Source of the DNA: Nemertoderma westbladi
Taxonomy: Eukaryota > Animalia > Xenacoelomorpha
DNA: 64,000 nucleotides
Assembly: GCA_032718475.1 (NCBI GenBank)
Contig: JAUCBJ010001501.1
Span: forward strand, 1 to 64,000
Direction: 5' to 3'
Part shown: in pieces, positions 40,782 through 52,666 of the stretch
How the letters are laid out: each line of letters begins with the position of its first letter
Numbering within the stretch: position 1 is the first letter of the stretch
Translations under genes and position numbers: made by a program
The notes under the pieces: model-generated
Told to the model about the DNA's origin: nothing
The model's input: the letters and a program-made list of their open reading frames with translations, nothing else
Databases searched by the model: none

Positions 40782-40921
40782 AAAAGTGTACAATGCCCAG
40801 CTCCAACACAGAAACTGTCTATGGTGTATGGAGCATACTACTATACTACCCCATCCTGCGGAACTGCACCAACACCCCCGGGTCTGAATCTGCATTGCCA
40901 ACCAGAACGACGATTCGGAGA

Positions 40922-41340
40922 CTACAACCTGCACCGGTCGCCTAGCATTGAACGGTTACCGCGCAAACACATTAAGGACGAGCGGAGGTGGGAGAAACTG
41001 ATTCGCCGACGTACCCATGAGACGCACTCCTGATAGGGAACCGGCCGTTTGTCGGACAACTTCACCGCCAGTCGTTTGACAAACTGGTGGGCAGCTGGTG
41101 CTATTCCGCCGAAAGTTGAGAAGATTAAGGCAGTTGAGTGTTCCACCTCACGTAATATCTCCTCGCATTTCCGGCACTCCTCGCCTCGTGCTGGAGATGA
41201 GAGGCGACATCCCTTCGTTGGTGTCCGCCATCTGGTTGGACACCAACACATCGATGACCATCTTCTGGAAGCGGTTGCCTCAGAATCCGCTCACCGCCAC
41301 ATCGAGTCGCGCCAGCTGGTCTGTCAAGGTGGACCGAAGT
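40922..41340 (-). pseudogene. 3' fragment of a second CRE-like element (RLE)
   Basis: ARLDVAVSGF...; LIFSTFGGIAPAAHQFVKRLAVKLSDKR...SWVRRRISFSHLRSSLMCLRGNR. Confidence 0.85.
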
Positions 41341-42484
41341 GTTGGTCTAGGCAATATTTTGCATTTAATAATGTTCATGAACATCATGCGGCCAAATATA
41401 TATTGTATTTTTATGGTAGCTAGTATTTTTGAACTAGCTGGTGTATAAAAAAATTAAAAAAAATTAGATTTTTCTTGTTGAACCACTGTTCCAGAAACAC
41501 ATCTTTATTTAGCATTACCGGTAGGAGAAAATTTATTTTTCATGGTAGCTACTTTGTAAATAATTGTTTTTTTCTCAATATTAGTTTTATTATTATCGTG
41601 TCTGTTGCAAATATATTACAGAATTCGAGAATACTTGGGCCATTACACATCCTAACATTTGAGGATATTTCGTCAATTTTTCGTCAAATGTCAATGTCTA
41701 TCAGTAGGCGATCTTCTCCACTTTTTGATAGTTTTCAATTTAGTACCCGAAGTAACGGGATTTAATCTATCACTATCACATGATCTCAATTATTCTCACG
41801 CTTATATTCGGACAAAAACCGGTTTCAAAAAACTTCTAGAACTAGAAAAAGTATTTATTATATTTAGAATAAGTACTATATGTTCAAGAAGTGCTTTGGT
41901 GCTATATTTCGGGGAATTTTGGGTTCCGCCCGTGCCAGCCTTTGTCTGTATTTTTTCAACATATTTTCATGCTAAATTTTGCCTGTATTTTTATATTTAT
42001 AAGAGTTCTAGAACCTAAGTGTTCTGAAACTGATAATAAATGTTCTAGAACATTTTAATTATCAATTTTCTAGAAAAAAATGTTCTAGAATATTTATTCT
42101 TAAAAATAAAGATTATTAATAAAATGTTTAATCGGTGATGCCAAAAGCGAAATAAATGCGGTTAACGTGTAGCAAGAAGAATGCAGCAACTGTGAATGAG
42201 TGGAGAAAGCATGCGATGGACATAAAAGTGAGTTGAACAAAATTAAACGTAAACTTAGAAAATATATAACAAAAATATACAATGCCAGTTCCAGTTGACA
42301 CAAGTTGCAACGAATAAATACTCATATAAATTCGTGTCCAAAGTAATCGGATATCTCTGGTGACATCAGATGCGCAAGGAATAAACTATAATTATTGTCT
42401 GTTCGAGAACGGTATAATACCTGGAGCAAATTAATCTGTATAACTACTGAGGCGTAGGCCGAAGTAGTTATACATGATTTATTT

Positions 42485-42572
42485 GCTGAAGGATTGATTT
42501 TCTGAAGGGCTGAAGGATTGATTTTCTGAAGGGCTGAAGGATTGATTTTCTGAAGGGCTGAAGGATTGATTT
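42485..42572. repeat. 24-bp tandem repeat GCTGAAGGATTGATTTTCTGAAGG
   Basis: ~3.7 perfect copies. Confidence 0.9.
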
Positions 42573-44909
42573 GCTAATATACATATTATTATATATATTA
42601 TATAGAACATTATATATTTTTTTTATTTATGTTCTAGAATAGTGTATAACAATTATATTTTGTTCTAGAACTCTACAATGTTGCCATGGTAACAATGATT
42701 TATGTTATAAAAATGTAGTGCTATTCGGAACTGTTACCAAAAATAAAAAAATTAAAATCTAAAAAATATATTCAGTACATTGATTTTTGATTAGCGGTAG
42801 CTAATGTTCTGAAAAATAAAATAAAATAAAAATGTTCCGAAAATATTGTGTTCTAGAACACAATATTTTTTTTGAAAAATGTTGTGAGGAAGTCAACGAT
42901 GGTAATTTAGGTCTAAATTAATCATAATATACGGCGATATATTTCATAAAAATTTTTTTAGAAAATGCGACTGCATACAGAACTGTTCCCTTTGTTTTAA
43001 TAGATAATTTGGGAACAGTTCCGTATTCCTCCCCATTTTGTATTTTTTTACTAGCTATTTTTTAGCAGATTTAGACATGTATAAATGTTCTAGAACATAT
43101 CCCGCAGCAAAAAATAAATTTATTTTTTATGGTAGCTAATTTCAGCAATCCGCTCGCTGCATGACCTGTTATTTAGTAAACCATGATCGGTATACGAAAA
43201 CCCTAGGCCCTATAATCTATTAATTTAAATGTATTCAGAAATTTATTTAAAAATAATTTTTTTTAATTTAGTAGCTAATTTAAATTTAGACTCAAAATAT
43301 AAATATAACATATAACACTCTTCAATGTTGCCATTGTAACAATTATTTTATATGATTTAAAAATTTAGTGCTATACGGAACTCTACACCCGATCTACTGT
43401 AAAGTGCCAACGCAGTCAGGGCCTAATAATAGATACTAAAAGTATACAAACTGCTGCTGGCGATATCGGTGCCTGATCTCTTCTACTAAACTTGGGTGAA
43501 TCAATTGCCCGGGCTAACTTGACAATCAGGGTGACCGGTCCCTAACCAGTGAGGCAGAAATATAGTCTGCAGAAAACAGGAGAAACAATCCTGCACAGCG
43601 AATCCCAACTAACGCTGATGGGCGTAAAACTGCTGCAGACTTGCCATGGTGTGATTTATATGGGTATAATAATGAGCTAGTGAGTTGACCAAACACTAGC
43701 ATACGGCCGACAGATAAGACAGTCAAAATAATAGAAGAACAGAAATCTTAAGACGCGCATGTGTGTGTGCATATGTTATGGCAAAGTGCAATGTTTGTAC
43801 GATCAATGTTACTATATTTTGTTGACTTTTAACAAAATATATCGGGCGCTGGCTACTAGAATAAGCTAGTCGCGCTCTAAAGCGAAATACATACAAAATG
43901 ACATCAAAAGGGGCTCTCTCCTTCTATATTCACAACTCGATCGGGCAAATACGGTGTTAGTAACTATGCCCGTAATTGGCACCTAATACCAGACTCTGAT
44001 TGTGAAAATAGAGATAGGATGTTAGTTTTACTACCATACTGCTAGCTGATCTGGTATAAATAAATTTAGTTCTAGAAATTTTGTTGCCGTGATGTTGCCA
44101 ATACCTAGCAATACGTGGCAAGGGCGCGGTAGATATGTTAGTATCCACCTTCAACCTAAATGGTACGCCTGTAGTAAGAAGCTCCCCTTTGCCTTAGTAA
44201 TACATCAAACCCAGACAGATCAGTTGACAGCAACTATCTACAGAGCTAACTGGTACTGATAGCTAGTACAGTAAAGTCACCAAATTACAGAATGTGCTAT
44301 TTGCACTTAGTGTACCAGAGCGCACTACTGGCACTAGCTCACACCTGTAGATCGTGCAGGTCAACTGTGGGGTATCTGTCTGTATCCTAGATATTTGTTC
44401 CTAAATATTATGGCGTCCTAGGACGTCCTCACATTTCACCCTGATCTAAGGTTTTACAGTGGACAAAAGCATCGAACGAAGTCTTACTTTGGCGTGGGTA
44501 GTCTTAAAGGGTTTGCGGATCATAGCCGAATGTGTGTGGGCAATTAGTGCGGGTTCTTTATGCATCCTGCAGACATTCCTCCCCCTTGCATCGCTGTCAT
44601 CAAAAAGTATAGGCAGCCATTCAAATGTTTGGAAGTGGTTTCATATAAGATACGTTAAAAACTTACATAGTTAGAGTTTTTAAGTATATATTAATGTGAA
44701 ACAGAGTATACAACTAAACATTTACAAGATAGTAACTAATAATTTGGAAGTGAATATGTTTTTAAACTAATAAGAAGTTTTACTAAGTTAAGTAACTAGT
44801 GAAGTGAACAAATTATTAGTGATAACTAAAGGACAAACTGCACCTTTTATAGTAAATTTGGATGTGGAATGGAATTCGAATGCATTCTAATCGTTCTATT
44901 CGATCTATA

Positions 44910-47900
44910 CGTTGTCAGGTCAGGTCCCCAGATCCTGCTACCACTATGGCAGTAATGTGGTACTACCTGTAGCTGTCAGCCCAGTAGGGCAGGCCCGATA
45001 AGCATAGCCTATTCATTATTTAGTTGATCAAGAGAGGGTTGGTTTAGCCCCATCAACTAAATAAGTCATTGAGGGCTATAGCGCCTAGTACACCATTGAA
45101 GGCAAAGGCTTGATACGCATCTGCATTAGAGATGATACACGCCCGGCCCTGTCTATACTGGATGCTCCTCTACCTCTACCTAACCCAGGAGGAACACTTG
45201 GTTCAGGGTGTAACAAAAGGACCCCTACAGTCGAATGACATTGGAAATGGAAGTACAATGACATTGGAAATGGATGGACGTTAGTAACAAGCTCAGCAGT
45301 AAGAAACTCGGCCAATGCATCAATTGGCGGAGTAGGAATTCTGCTAAGACCATTTGCACTTAAGACCCTAAACAACATCGAATCTATAAATTCCAGGGTT
45401 ATGATCGCAACATTTGATGGGAATCCCAAGACAACAGTTATATGTTGCAATAGAACAAGCATATAGAACAAGCAGTCAAGTTTTATGAAGAAAGATCTGA
45501 CTGGACTTATAAAGGACATTCCAAAACACAATGTTAAAGTCATTGCTGGTGACCTGAATGCGCAAATTGGCCCAGAAAACATCAAGGGTTACACCTATAA
45601 CACCAGTTCTAACAGAAATGGGTACTTACTTTTAGACCTAATGGAAGAATGTGAATTGATACCAACAAACAACACATTCGAAAAAGGGGAAGCTAAAGAC
45701 TTTTCAATACCCTAATGGAACCAAAGCACAACTGGATTACATCCTTATAAACAAAAAGTGGAGAAACAGCATGATCAACTGCGAGGCATACAGCTCGTTC
45801 AACCTAATTTGTTCGGACCACAGAATTGTGACTGCAGAGATACGACTCAGTTTGAGAGCCAGCAAACCCAGGACAAGCAAGCAAATCAACTATGACTGGG
45901 AGAAACTCAGAACTGACAATGCTGTAAAGGATGCTTATACAGTAGAAGTTCAAAACCGCTTTGAAGTGCTTCAGTCAATGGATGAAGACCAATCCACTGA
46001 TTCAATATACCAGAATATAATAATAGCCCACAACGAATCAGCTAAGAGGCATATCCCCCAGAAACCCAAACGAAAACAGTATGTGCCATGGCAAAACTCT
46101 GAGGTTACTTGTAAGAGAGAAGATCTTAAGATAGCCTACAAAGTTAAAACCGAACAACCAACAACTGAAAACATTAACAAGGTTGAGAAAGCTAAGGACG
46201 ATCTTAAATTGGCCTACAACATCAGCCAGGAAAAGTACATACAGGATAAAGCTGAAGCAATTACAACTGCTCACATACAGCAACATTCAAGACTTACCTG
46301 GCAAACTGTAAATGAGGTATCTGGTCGGAAAAGTTGTGCAAAGGGGCGCCTCAAAGCCGATAGTCCTGAAGAACGTGTTGGGAAGTGGAAAAATCACTTC
46401 AGCAACTTGCTTGGGCAGCCACCAAACATCGAGGTCAGCCCTACAAGGAAAATATATGACAAGACACTACCTATAGAAACAGGGGACTTCACACCTGCTG
46501 AACTCCAAAGAAGCGTTAAAAGCATGTCCAATAATAAAGCGAGTGGATTAGATGAAATCCCAGCGGAGGTATGGAAAACCGGAGTGCTAAACAGACCATT
46601 ATTGAATGTTTGCAACCAGATGTTAAAAGGGGAAAAGCCACCACCAATTTGGACTAAAGGTCAACTAAAGCCTCTCCCCAAGAAAGGAGACCTCGGCATA
46701 CCAACAAACTATCGTGGGATCTGTCTGCTTGTGGTAGCTGCCAAAATATACAATAAAATGATTCTATATAGGATTAGGCCTCACATAGAGAAACTACTGC
46801 GTAAGAGCCAAAACGGATTTCGACCAAGTAGATCAACAATAGCTCAGATACTTGCACTACGGAGACTGATTGAAGGAATTAAGTCAAAGAATCTCCCCGC
46901 AGTTATGACTTTTGTGGACTTCAAGAAGGCATTCGACTCCATCCATAGAGGTAAAATGCTTGAAATCCTAAGAGCTTATGGAATACCAGAAGTAATTGTT
47001 GCTGGCATTGGATTGTTATATTATGACACAGAAGCGCAGGTACTCTCACCAGATGGTGAAACTGAGTTTTTCTCAATCCTGGCTGGGGTACTGCAAGGTG
47101 ACACATTAGCACCATTACTATTTGTAATTGTGCTGGATTACGCAATAAGGACGGCCACAAAGGGTGAAGATCTGGGATTCACACTTCAAGAACGCAGAAG
47201 TAGTAGATATCCGGCAACTACAGTCACATACACCGACTTTGCGGATGACATCGCCCTGCTCTCTAATACGCTAGCAGATGCACAGCTTCTACTAAATAAA
47301 GTGGAGAGGGCTGTTGGATTGCATATAAATGCTACAAAGACAGAATTCATGACCTTTAATGTTGATGGAAACTTGACAACCATTGATAATAATCAACTAA
47401 GGAAGGTCAATGACTTCCAGTACCTTGGATCATGGATAGAGAGTAGCAAAAAGGACATAGAAGTTAGGAAAGCAAAGGCTTGGGTAGCTCTATCGAAAAT
47501 GGATACCATCTGGAAATCAGATCTCTCCAGGCACCTGAAGACTAAGTTCTTTCGAGCCACAGTGGAAAGTGTATTTTTATATGGGGGTGAGACCCGGACA
47601 CTGACTAAATCACTTGAACAACAAATTGATGGTTGCTACACAAGACTACTAAGGGCAGCCCTAAACATCAGCTGGAGACAACACATGACAAACGCCGAAC
47701 TTTATGGAACAATACCACCTGTATCAACCACCCTCCGTGAACACAGATTAAGATTCAGTGGGCACTGCTGGCGAAGTAAAGACGAGGTCATACCAGATCT
47801 ACTTCTCTGGCAACCAACTCATGGAAAGCGTAGTCGTGGACGACCAGCCATAACATATATAGATCAACTTGAAAGGGATACTGAACTTGGGAGAAACGAA

Positions 47901-47981
47901 ATTGCGACAACTATGGAGAATCGGGAAGCCTGGAAGGATCTCATTTCCACTGTCCGAGTTCGCTCGACCTAGTAGTAATAG
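44910..47981 (+). mobile_element. RTE family A copy 4 (both ends present, internal 5' deletion)
   Basis: TSD TATTCG(A/T)TCTATA at 44897-44909 / 47982-47994. (TAG)n tail. Deletion junction at ~45233. Confidence 0.93.
45771..47972 (+). CDS. RTE ORF2, uninterrupted RT part (733 aa); endonuclease N-terminus disrupted
   Basis: All RT motifs lie in one frame. Confidence 0.9.
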   Translation: MINCEAYSSFNLICSDHRIVTAEIRLSLRASKPRTSKQINYDWEKLRTDNAVKDAYTVEVQNRFEVLQSMDEDQSTDSIYQNIIIAHNESAKRHIPQKPKRKQYVPWQNSEVTCKREDLKIAYKVKTEQPTTENINKVEKAKDDLKLAYNISQEKYIQDKAEAITTAHIQQHSRLTWQTVNEVSGRKSCAKGRLKADSPEERVGKWKNHFSNLLGQPPNIEVSPTRKIYDKTLPIETGDFTPAELQRSVKSMSNNKASGLDEIPAEVWKTGVLNRPLLNVCNQMLKGEKPPPIWTKGQLKPLPKKGDLGIPTNYRGICLLVVAAKIYNKMILYRIRPHIEKLLRKSQNGFRPSRSTIAQILALRRLIEGIKSKNLPAVMTFVDFKKAFDSIHRGKMLEILRAYGIPEVIVAGIGLLYYDTEAQVLSPDGETEFFSILAGVLQGDTLAPLLFVIVLDYAIRTATKGEDLGFTLQERRSSRYPATTVTYTDFADDIALLSNTLADAQLLLNKVERAVGLHINATKTEFMTFNVDGNLTTIDNNQLRKVNDFQYLGSWIESSKKDIEVRKAKAWVALSKMDTIWKSDLSRHLKTKFFRATVESVFLYGGETRTLTKSLEQQIDGCYTRLLRAALNISWRQHMTNAELYGTIPPVSTTLREHRLRFSGHCWRSKDEVIPDLLLWQPTHGKRSRGRPAITYIDQLERDTELGRNEIATTMENREAWKDLISTVRVRST

Positions 47982-48379
47982 TATTCGTTCTATAACATTC
48001 CTAAAAGCCGCATTGGTCCAATAAAAGGTTAAACACAAGATGTAATCATCACATCTCATTGGTCCAGCTAATCAGAAATCAAAGGTGTATACACACAACA
48101 CAGTATTGGTTCAACTACTATAAATCTAGATAGGTGGTATATTTAAATTTGAAATATACTACTACAAAAATACAAATTTGCTAAGTCGAACTCTGTACCT
48201 AACTAATATATACACGACCTACGGACTAACCTACTAGGCTACTGGACCATCTGATGTATCTCTGTAAAATATGTTAGATATTACAAATGCATAGTATTTT
48301 AAAGAACTTATAGAAATAAAGAATAAATATCGAAATTTTTAAATTTTTTATACAAACTAAACTACCTCACTAAACTACC

Positions 48380-48835
48380 ATCCCTCAGTCCATATTGGGT
48401 GCCCCCCAATCTGTATCAGGTGACTCCAAATCCATATTGGGTGCCCCCCAATCCATTCACCTCAGTCGATGTCGGGCAGCCATTAATTTAAATCTGACGC
48501 CCCCCATTCCCCCCAGTTCATGCTGGGTGCCTCCCTCTCCATGTCGAGTGCCCTCCAGTTTGAGTTGGGCCCCCCACAATCCATGTCGAGTACCCCCCAG
48601 TCTGCATCAGGTATAACACAGTCAGTGTATGGTGTCCCCAAGTCGATGCTTGGTGTCCCCCAGTCTGGGTGGGGCGCCCCCCAAGCTATGTCGAGTTCCC
48701 CCCAGTCCGTGTCAGGCGCCTCCCAGTCCATGGCATGTGCCACCCCATCCATGCCGTGCACCACCCAATCCATGTAGGGTTCCCCCCAGTCTGCGTCGGG
48801 TGTCCCCCAGTCCGAGTCGGGAATCCCCCAAGTCG
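48380..48835. repeat. GC-rich ~21-bp degenerate minisatellite upstream of the CRE ORF
   Basis: CCCCAGTCCATGTCGGGTGCC-like units; 7-aa periodicity in the translations. Confidence 0.8.
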
Positions 48836-48844
48836 TATGCTCTA

Positions 48845-51800
48845 TGATGGCGCAGGGTTCCCAGCGATGCTGCCTGCCTCATGAAGGAATGTGCGACTAG
48901 TCAGTATGGTTGTACTCGGACAAAGAAAGGATGTACAAGTTGCGCCGCAATGGGGACAACCATAATGAGGAACCCCCATAATGATTTATGCCCAAATAGA
49001 ACGACTCCGGCTCAGGACCCTTCTCTAACCCTCCCCGGAATGTCGACTAGGCCCAGTAACTACTATGGGCCCAGTCGACTAGGCCCATAATTTCACCGAC
49101 CACTGATATTTGGAGACAGCTTTTGGTGGGGTGTGGCTCAATTCCCCAGGGTCGTCCTCTGACCAAACCTGGGAGAGATGGCATGCCCGCCTTGTCAAGT
49201 TGGCAAGTCGGAGGTGTATCCTCCCCGGAGGTAATGTAGGAAGGAAAGATGCTGACCTGCTAGCATTGGAAATCAGCGGGCTAAGCAGTGGAACATATCC
49301 TTCTGAGCAGCCTTTGTGCTTCGTTGCCATAATGTTCCAGCGAGATCCCGATGTGGTCAAGGGGGCTTGATATGAATGTATCAGCGGATCAGAATGTGGG
49401 AGAGAGGCGAGATTGTATAACTGCTTGCGGAGGCTGAGCACTGCAATAACAGATTCCCAACTGGTCATAGGACTATACCCACTAACACAGGCAAGGACTT
49501 CAATAGGATGGTTCTCGAGGGGCAGAATTGGGCAGCAGTCCGACGAGTAACTGACCGAGATTGTGGTGGTATTCTAGAGACCAAGTCACAGGTAGAAGGT
49601 CAACCTCTCGGAGTTACGGTGAGAGATATGCTAGCAAAGAAACACCCAGCCCAGATGCCAGTAGAACCTGAGTCACTCGAACCTGAAGGTGCACTACCAG
49701 CTTTTGAGGACGTGGACATCACCTCGCAGATCGTACTTCGGGTTGCCCGCACACTGCGAAGGGCTGCCGGACCTGTGGGTGGTGATGCAGAGTTCTGGAG
49801 TGCTGCACTAATAAGGTATGACACCCACAATGCACATCTTCGCGAGGCAGTGGCCTGCTTAGCGCTTCGACTGGCGAACACGATCGTCCCTTGGGGTGAG
49901 GTCAGGGCACTCCGTGCCTGTCGACTGATCGCACTCGACAAGCAACCCGGAGTGCGACCAATAGGGATCGGCGAGGTACTCTATCACCTACTCGCTAGCT
50001 GCCTATCGACCACCACCAAGATGGACTTTGTGATGGGGAATGCGGTGCGGATCAACTGTGTGCCGGAGTGAAAGCCGGTATAGAAGGAGGCATCCATGCT
50101 ATGACAGCCCTGTTTGAAGATGATTCGACAGAGTGCATGCTACTCATGGATGCTAGCAATGCCTTCAACTCCATCAGCTGCCCAGTTGCTCTGATGAATT
50201 GCTGTCGATATTGGCATCGCTGCTCACATTTTGTTTATAATGCGTACAATGGACATACGGCTATGTATCTTAGTGGAAGCAATGACCCATTGTGGAGTGA
50301 GGAGGGAATGACGCAGGGTGACCCACTGGCCATGTTAGTATACAGCTGTGTTACACTGCCAATGGTGCGCGGGCTCTATGAGAGCACGTCAGACCTGCTA
50401 GTGGAACAATCACTCACAGAAGCCAATATCTCTGCACCAAGACCCAACCCAACCGAGGATCCGACGACATTGCCAACGCCAACTGAAGATTCCACTAACA
50501 ACTTTTACCAAACACAGCCAACTACACAGACTCATAGGACCAACCCTCAACATGCAAGAAGCCGACAGTGTTGGTATGCCGACGTTGCCTCAGGTGCTGG
50601 TACAATGACTCAGGTATTAGTTTGGTGGAACCTTCTACTCCGCGTGGGTCCCAAGATCAGGTACAACACCGGGCCCAATAAGTCCTATCTGGTGGTGAAA
50701 CCGGGGCTGGAGGAACAAGCCCACAAGATGTTTGGGGGTTGGGGTATTCGGGTGGTTTCGGGCCATCGTTTCCTGGGAGGGTACATTGGGGATGATGCAG
50801 GGTGCAAGCGGTATATATCAGAGATGGTGGAAGGCTGTGTCCAGAGCATTACAAGGCTGGCAGATGTAGCAGAGGAGGTCCCACAGACTGCCCACACAGG
50901 GATGTCCCGGTGTGTACAGCAAGAATGGGACTTTATCCTCCGAGTGGTAGAGGTAGATGACATTGTCTTCGAGCCAATACGAACAGCACTACTACGGCGT
51001 TATATACCTGCTCTGTTTGGCACTATGTCAGTATCAGACCCGGTCAATGATCAACTCCTCCTTCTGCCTGCTCGTTATGGGGGTATTGGTATCCGAAATC
51101 CAGTCACAAGGCAGAACCAAGCACATTTGGCATCAGGAACGGAACTCATATTAGAAGCCATCATAAATGGGACTCCACTTTGTGTAGCAGACCACGAAGG
51201 GCAACTCAAGAAGGCGCGTGCAGAGGGCAGAAAAGCAAACGACCTGGCATATAGTTCCAGCCAGGAGTCTGCACTGGCAGCAATCCCACCGGATCGTCGC
51301 CTCACTGTCACCAGCACAACAACAAACAAGACAAGCAGCTGGCTCATTGCCAAACCATCCATCCTGGATAACACCGACCTATACCCAGAGGTGTTTCGTG
51401 ATAGTCTCACATTACGTTATGGCCTGACACCGCCCGGCCTCCCTGCCGAGTTTGAGGGCTGCAGGAATGATTTTACTACTACCCATGCTCTAAGTTGTAA
51501 AACAGGCGGGCTAGTAATCAAGCGCCATAATGAGGTTAGGGAGGTGTTTGGAGATTTAATTTCAGCACTTGTCGGTCCCTCTTCGGTTGAGCGGGAGGTG
51601 ACACTTGCGAATGGGCACCTTGACTGACAGGGAGTAAACATCGGGGGAGTTTGCGCAGACCTAGTGGCACCTGGACATCAATCAGGTATCTGTACCAATC
51701 AGAGGGTGGCGTCTTTCGATATTGCCGTGATAAACGCCCTACACCACCTCATACATCCAGAATAACAGTTCCAAGAGGTCAATCCTCGAGCAGAGGGTCC

Positions 51801-52100
51801 GCACAAAGAAGCAGCATTATCATGATGTGTGCGAGTCGAGGAGGATGTCATTTGCACCACTTGTCAGCACCACAGAATGAATGTGGTGTAAGGAAACCAC
51901 ATCTTCATACATCACCTCGCAGAGTCACTGGTAGCCAGACACGAAGGAATGCGGGAGAGTGGCCTCACCCATATACTGGGTAGTATATGCCACAGGCTCC
52001 AGTTCGCTCTGCTTGAGGGGTGGACGCCATCCATGGCTGGCACTCGGGTTCTGCGATGGTGATGGTCTTTGTGGTTCAGATCTGGGAGATCACTATTAAC
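48845..52100 (+). mobile_element. Near full-length CRE-like non-LTR retrotransposon (Cys-rich N-terminus, RT, zinc knuckle, RLE), frameshifted
   Basis: LPGGNVGR; ACRLIALDKQPGVRPIGIGE; MDASNAFNS; QGDPLAM; WYADV (mutated YADD); RFLGG; LPARYGGIGI; HALSCKTGGLVIKRHNEVR; FDIAVIN. Confidence 0.9.
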
Positions 52101-52363
52101 TGCCCAGATGAGGATTAACTTTATCTGATTACAAGTCTGATAGAAAAAGAAGGACAAGGAAGGACCACAATCAAACCAAAAAGATAAAGAAGAAAATACT
52201 GAGAACTAATGAAGAGGGAAAAATAAGCATTCGAAAATTGTTATATCTATTGTTATATTCATTCAGTCTCAATTAATTCATTTTATTATGGGTAATAAAT
52301 ACTATTGTGTAGCTATTTGTATATAAACAAAGTGATCTATTTTGTTGGAGATATTATCGAGTC

Positions 52364-52445
52364 GTCCAGTAGCTCAGAATATTGGTGTTAGGTCGTATGC
52401 ATAGTAGGTTTAGAGTTCGAATCCGATTTAGGAAATTGTATTTTT
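52364..52445 (+). ncRNA. tRNA-like Pol III module in the right arm
   Basis: GTCCAGTAGCTCAG..TGG (A box-like), GTTCGAATCC at 52415-52424, T5 at 52441. No full cloverleaf. Counterpart on the minus strand at 48247-48183. Confidence 0.45.
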
Positions 52446-52501
52446 GTAGTAGTTTATTTTAAATTTAAATATACCACCCACTTAAATTATAGTTTGTTGA
52501 A

Positions 52502-52666
52502 CCAATGCTGCACATACACGACTTCTGGTTCGTTGGACAAATGAAGTGCTTACATCTTTGATTTTATAGTTTGCTGGACCAATGCGTTGTTTAGGAATGT
52601 GATAGAATGTATAGAACTCGTTAGAATGTATAGAATTCGATTCCACATCTGATTTTACTATAAAAG
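52502..52666 (+). promoter_or_regulatory. CCAAT cluster + TATA box, putative outward Pol II promoter
   Basis: CCAAT at 52502 and 52579 (variant at ~52537), TATAAAAG at 52659. Mirrored in the left arm (ATTGG at 48012, 48058, 48105; CTTTTATA at 44844). Confidence 0.6.

Larger units (their letters stand above)
43759..48340 (-). repeat. Left long inverted arm (LTR-like, non-coding), interrupted by RTE-A copy 4
   Basis: 43759-44909 + 47995-48340 aligns in reverse complement with 52240-53756. It may extend to TGTAAAG at 43398. Confidence 0.85.

Noticed and set aside
43398-48365. TSD for the left arm as a solo LTR (CTAC / CTAC)
   Set aside because: It needs a mutated terminus, and ACTAAACTACC is locally duplicated. 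Too weak to assert; kept only as an alternative model.
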